From the sequence record MH494197.1: a stretch of 64,000 bases of DNA; one strand, 5' to 3'. Shown piece after piece: positions 59,300-64,000 of this stretch. The notes beneath the pieces are model-generated. The model had not been told where the DNA came from and did not search any database. It saw only the letters and a program-made list of their open reading frames with translations. How positions within the stretch are numbered: position 1 is the first letter of the stretch; each line of letters begins with the position of its first letter. The position numbers and the translations under genes are program-made.

Positions 59300-60103
59300 T
59301 ATTGTTCCAACCATATAATGTTAGTGTGTTTTGTAACTTGTGTACCTGCAAAAGAACCATCTTTAAGATACGTATTAACTTTGAAACGCCATTCACCACC
59401 GCTAATATACATATCAGCGATAATGTACTTCCCATAACCCTTGAGTTTATCAAACGTACTTCTTGTCCAATATACTTCGGCTTCAAATCATTAATAAAAT
59501 CATCAGCCAAAGACATAAGATATCGCAAATGTGAATAGTCGGTGTTGAACATTATTTCTTTCTCTTGAAGTGGGATATGATATCTTTTGTTATTGAGATA
59601 AAAAGATACACCATAGTTACAGGCCAAATTATAGCCATTAGTGCTGCTGATTGTAGACTCATTGCAGTTATGATTTCATCTTTGAAACATTTCCAATTCA
59701 GTACTAGAAAGTTACATATAAATGAGCAAAACGCAACAAATCCATATATTGCAAAAAGGTAGTCATTATTATTCCTCATCAACTTGAATAAGATATTCTA
59801 AACTTATTTCATCACCAAAGGCAGCGGCATCAATTGCATCGTGATTGATGTATTCTACTTGTGCAATTAAACGTATACCGTATTTCATAATTTCAATAAT
59901 TCTCATTCTTGTATTGGGATTTATGTACTGGTAGTATGATTCATACTCTGGATCATCGTCCATTTCCGCATATCGGTTGATGTACTCGTCAGTAAATTTT
60001 ACTATCTTACCGACGAGTTCTGTTTCTGCACTTTTATAGAAATCATCTTTCATTTGATGCAACGCAATCAAGTACTGATTATATTGTGCAAGATGTTTCA
60101 TTG

Positions 60104-60697
60104 TTAATCACAGCTACCGGAACTTGAACTAGAGCTTGAATCACAGCTAGAGCTATCATATGAACCAGTATCAGCAGAAGAGATATATGGCGTTACGATT
60201 GCTGCGGTGGTGGCTGCTGTAATAATATGGGAAGTATGGTCGTGTACCTTGTTGTGGTTCATCTTGGACTTTGTTTTATTCTTCCCTTTAGTATAGCGAG
60301 CTTTCTTTGTAGTTTTGGTGTTCTTTGGTGCTTTAGTACTTTTCGGTGCTGCTTTAGGCTTTACTTCATTAACTAAAGGAACAACAGTAACATTAACTTT
60401 AGGGTCAGATTCATCAAGTGCATTGTGAACATTCACTTGCATTTGAACTTCAACTTTAAGTTCTTCTTGTTCTTCAGGAATAACTTTTTCAGGTTCTGGT
60501 GTAACCTGATCACGTTTATCATTAATCATGAAGTTGATATTACGTTCACCTAGCACTAATAAAGTAACGATGGTGAGTACTGGGGTTAGTACTAGACTAA
60601 GTAGTACATAGCCGATGACACTACGATTGTAATTGTATGCAAGCATACCTGCAATAACTACACCAAGTACACTAATAACTGCTGCGATTGTTAACAT
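60104..60697 (-). CDS. Two-TM membrane protein with a Lys-rich linker and Ser-rich tail
   Basis: Two N-terminal hydrophobic helices; KPKAAPKSTKAPKNTKTTKK; ends SSCDSSSSSSSGSCD. Confidence 0.65.
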   Translation of the reverse strand: MLTIAAVISVLGVVIAGMLAYNYNRSVIGYVLLSLVLTPVLTIVTLLVLGERNINFMINDKRDQVTPEPEKVIPEEQEELKVEVQMQVNVHNALDESDPKVNVTVVPLVNEVKPKAAPKSTKAPKNTKTTKKARYTKGKNKTKSKMNHNKVHDHTSHIITAATTAAIVTPYISSADTGSYDSSSCDSSSSSSSGSCD

Positions 60698-62649
60698 ATT
60701 CTACTCCTTTGTATATAAATTTACCAATATCTTCGATGTATAAACAGATTCCACCTCGATCATTTAACACAAGCCAATCACCAAAACCACAACTGATGTT
60801 GCATATATTAAATTCTTCAATACCATCCGGTGAATACGCAATGAATGGACATATTTCATCTGATATACCATTTACATAGTTATTACATATTAAATCAAAT
60901 GTATGTGAACTATAAGAATTATCAGTACTGAAAATGTGCATTAATGAACTAGATAGAATTACTATTGTTTTTCCCACATTTTTAAAAATCGTTATTCACA
61001 ACAACTACTCCATGTCAGTGTTGTAATGAAATTATATCACCGAATCAAGATATGTCTCATGAGATTCGCATTTCATCCAGATATAAACTACATGCTTCGA
61101 AATTGTTGTCAGCACTTAAACCTAAATCAACCATCAGACCACAATGCGTTCCACAGAATTTCTTTATGTATAGTTTCTTATTGTTTGTACTTAAGTCGTA
61201 TACATATTCATTTTCGAAAATAGTTTTAAATCATTACAAATACTTTTACTATCTTCATTACATCATTATGATACTCATATGGTATTCCATCTAGTTCATC
61301 AATGATAATAGCAAAACCATTGTCATAGTACTTTAGTTTATTGAATGTTTGTATATCCATTTAATATATAATCTCACTTACTTCTATGGTGTAGACACCA
61401 TCATCAGTCATTAATCTAACTGCAACTTTAATATTACTAGACATTCGTGTAACTATCAATCCAATAATTATACCATTCTTTAAAGTACCATTATGGTATC
61501 TAACTTTTACTTCAGTTTTATTATCAATTAAGTATCTTCTAATTATGTGTATTTCCGTTCTAAACAGTTCTAAATAAACTTCACTATACTCCTTATCAGA
61601 ACCATCAGCACAGCTATACAATAAATGTACCTGTTCTAACAAAAGTTTTAAATTCATAAGAACCTCACAGATTTAATATTACTTGTTACATGTTTAAACA
61701 CAGTGTTATCGAACTTGTAAACAATTGTATTAAGTGATTTATGAAAATTAACCTCACACTAATGCCTTGGAACCATTGATTGTACAGACCGTGGATGGTA
61801 AGTTGTTTGCTAATATCTCTTTTCATCTAAACATAGTGAACTAATACAATCATAATAGAGAGGTTCAAGAACTTTTCAGTACTAAGAAAATCGAAAGCAA
61901 GATCATCTATTTGTTTTATGTAATTGAATAAATTTTGATAGTACTCATTCATTGTCAATCCTCTTGAATTTAGCATTATTCGAATAAGTATATGAATGTC
62001 CAAAATCATTTACACCATGCACATTCAATACACCGTCGATGAAATAGATTCGGTCAATGGTGAGTTCACGTTTATAATCCGAATCATCATACCAGCACAG
62101 AACACGAATACCTTTATACTTTGTAGTTAGCTCTTTTCTAATGTAACTAAGTACTCGATATAACTTTTGAATAGCTCTAAGTCCTGCTCAAACATCATTG
62201 TTCCTCGTATAATTCCATGTCATCAACTCCAACTTGGCGAATTGCAGTACTTCTTTTAAATGTACCTTTTTCATATAAACATACAGTTAAACGTATTTCA
62301 CACTTCAATGCACTGTAATAAATCATATCAATAACACCATATGTTTCATACATTTCTAAGTATACATTTCGTCCTAAGTACTTTTCTTCTAAATCAGTAA
62401 TTAGACTATTGATAAGATTACCTATCTGTGTTATATCTGTGTGAAATTTATCCATTACAATAATCCTCTCACATAAAACATTGATGAAAATAGATAATCT
62501 TCAGTACTGGAATTTAGTAGTTTATCAAAACTATAATTTTTATGCTTATTTTCATACAAAGACATTCTATAGTATCGTTCTATATTTTCTAAGTAGTCTT
62601 TTCGTAATAACATCTGTGTTGTTACATTCACTATAATGTACCTTAAAAG

Positions 62650-62676
62650 AAAAAGGGACCAATATATGATCCCTTT
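62650..62676 (-). terminator. Intrinsic terminator after pnk
   Basis: AAAGGGATC...GGTCCCTTTTT. Confidence 0.65.
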
Positions 62677-62679
62677 GTA

Positions 62680-63606
62680 TTAGAAATTTCCTTCAGCCAC
62701 TTGGAAAACTTTCAACCCAAGTAGCTTACGCCACATGAACACAACTTGATTGCGGTCATCATATACCTTTTAACATCGTAATGATCAACCACATTTTTCA
62801 TGTACAGGTCGAATTTGACAACATCATCAGGACGTTTATCATCAATGTCTCGCATAAACAATGCATCGTAAGGAATACCCCAATTCTTAAGCCACTGTTC
62901 GGTATCAGCACGACACCCTTCAGTACGCCCACTCATGACGATAATCTTGCGTTTATGAAAACTGCTTCTGCGATAATAGACAAAATAACTTCTTCGTCTG
63001 GTGTATCCGAGTACAGTACTTTCATCGAACGGGTTACGTCCCCATTTATGAGCAAGAGTACCGTCGATATCAACGATAATAGCAGCTTCTCGTGAATTAC
63101 CATAGTAACCAATGTGTAATGCCTTACTATAATAGTACGTATCTGCCATAGTGTCAATGATATTATCTTGTACTGAACGCTCACGCTGGAGGTTATATTT
63201 CTTACAAAGTTTTACGAACTCTTTAATCTTAAAGAATTCATGAACATCTGCACCACGGTCTTCATTAGGTACAAAATCATCATAGAAGTTCTTTTCTTTG
63301 TAATCATAACCATTATCTATAGCCCATACTTTCCATAGATTACGGAAATGTTGTTTAAGGTTTGTATCGGATATGATGATGTTCCAACCATTCTCTGCTG
63401 CTGAATTTGCTGCACTGAACTGTAAATTAGTTACGTACTGCTCATTAGCATCGTTGAATTTGTAAGCATCATGTGACCCAGCCATAGATTCACGAATATC
63501 ATCACGGTTGATGTTGATAGTCTTGGATTTGGCTTTTTAATCTCTTGCACTGCCCATGTAGTTTTACCACACCGTGCAATCCAACTGTTAGTGTGATAGT
63601 TGGCAT
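62680..63606 (-). CDS. pseT: Polynucleotide 5'-kinase / 3'-phosphatase (T4 PseT-like); frameshifted
   Basis: TVGL.GCGKTT, NRDDIR, IISDTNL; HAD domain VDIDGT, GRNPFD, MSGR, MRDIDDKRPDDVVKFDLY. Confidence 0.92.
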
Positions 63607-64000
63607 CCTTTAATCCTCTAAAAATTTAACATGCTCTATATTATGATAGGTGAGCCATTCCTGTGGTGTTCCTTGCGTATTAAAACACCAATATACGCAA
63701 TACCATTAATTAGACCATTACTATCAGTATTCACATCAACTTTCACAATCTCGGAATCGTACCAGTGTTTGAATGTGTAATCCCAACATCTGACTTTCTT
63801 TCCAATAAGATTGCTCTTGTATTTGTCAATCATTTCATCGACGATAGTTTGTACTGAATTTTTAATTTCATCTTCTACTGACTTTATATATAGTAAATTA
63901 CTTTGTGCATTGTTTATCATTGTATTTCCCAATCCCAAATCGCTTGAGATTTTCACAAGTACAGATTCATCACAACGAATACTAGCAGTATCATTGGATG

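Larger units (their letters stand above)
58286..63956 (-). repeat. Dispersed paralogous small-protein family (N-terminal helix + K(Y/L)xGxxV + beta-rich C-terminus)
   Basis: Members at about 58286..58553, 59300..59552, 59769..60101, 61945..62195, 62195..62455 and 63636..63956, possibly also 61361..61657. Confidence 0.45.

Noticed and set aside
59163-59627. Fusion of a small barrel domain to the PPP phosphatase
   Set aside because: One extra T gives an overlapping TAATG stop/start with MKHFLEVTVPDD, so the fusion is probably an artefact.

Overview
A 64-kb slice of an AT-rich (about one-third GC by eye) jumbo myovirus genome. Gene content and order (T4-like neck, head-completion and sheath genes, triplicated tail-tube genes, CCA enzyme, HPF, ClpP, PIN-PhoH, NrdDG, ligase, Pnk) best fit the RaK2/GAP32/PBECO4-like giant enterobacterial phages; this assignment is inferred from recalled families, not from a database search. 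Essentially every real gene is on the minus strand. The assembly has frequent single-base deletions in homopolymers, so many genes are split across several ORFs; I rejoined them by reading across frames, and those coordinates are approximate. Layout: 1-9.5 kb virion morphogenesis; 9.7-29.9 kb accessory genes (translation and tRNA maintenance, nucleotide metabolism, lysis, paralog arrays); 30.3-36.3 kb three paralogous tail or baseplate proteins; 36.3-38.9 kb anaerobic RNR; 39-64 kb accessory enzymes and small-gene arrays. Strongest leads: (1) a ~500-nt promoter-to-terminator, hairpin-dense non-coding unit at 23.84-24.35 kb, a candidate large ncRNA; (2) roughly 7-fold over-representation of the palindrome AGTACT across the window; (3) an acyl-carrier-protein-like domain with the essential DSL serine replaced by Trp, coupled to a RlaP-type nucleotidyltransferase; (4) a Sir2 / NUDT16-like Nudix / cyclic-phosphate receiver gene trio; (5) a 2H phosphoesterase and two Pth2-fold proteins. 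No tRNA genes, CRISPR array or integrase were seen.
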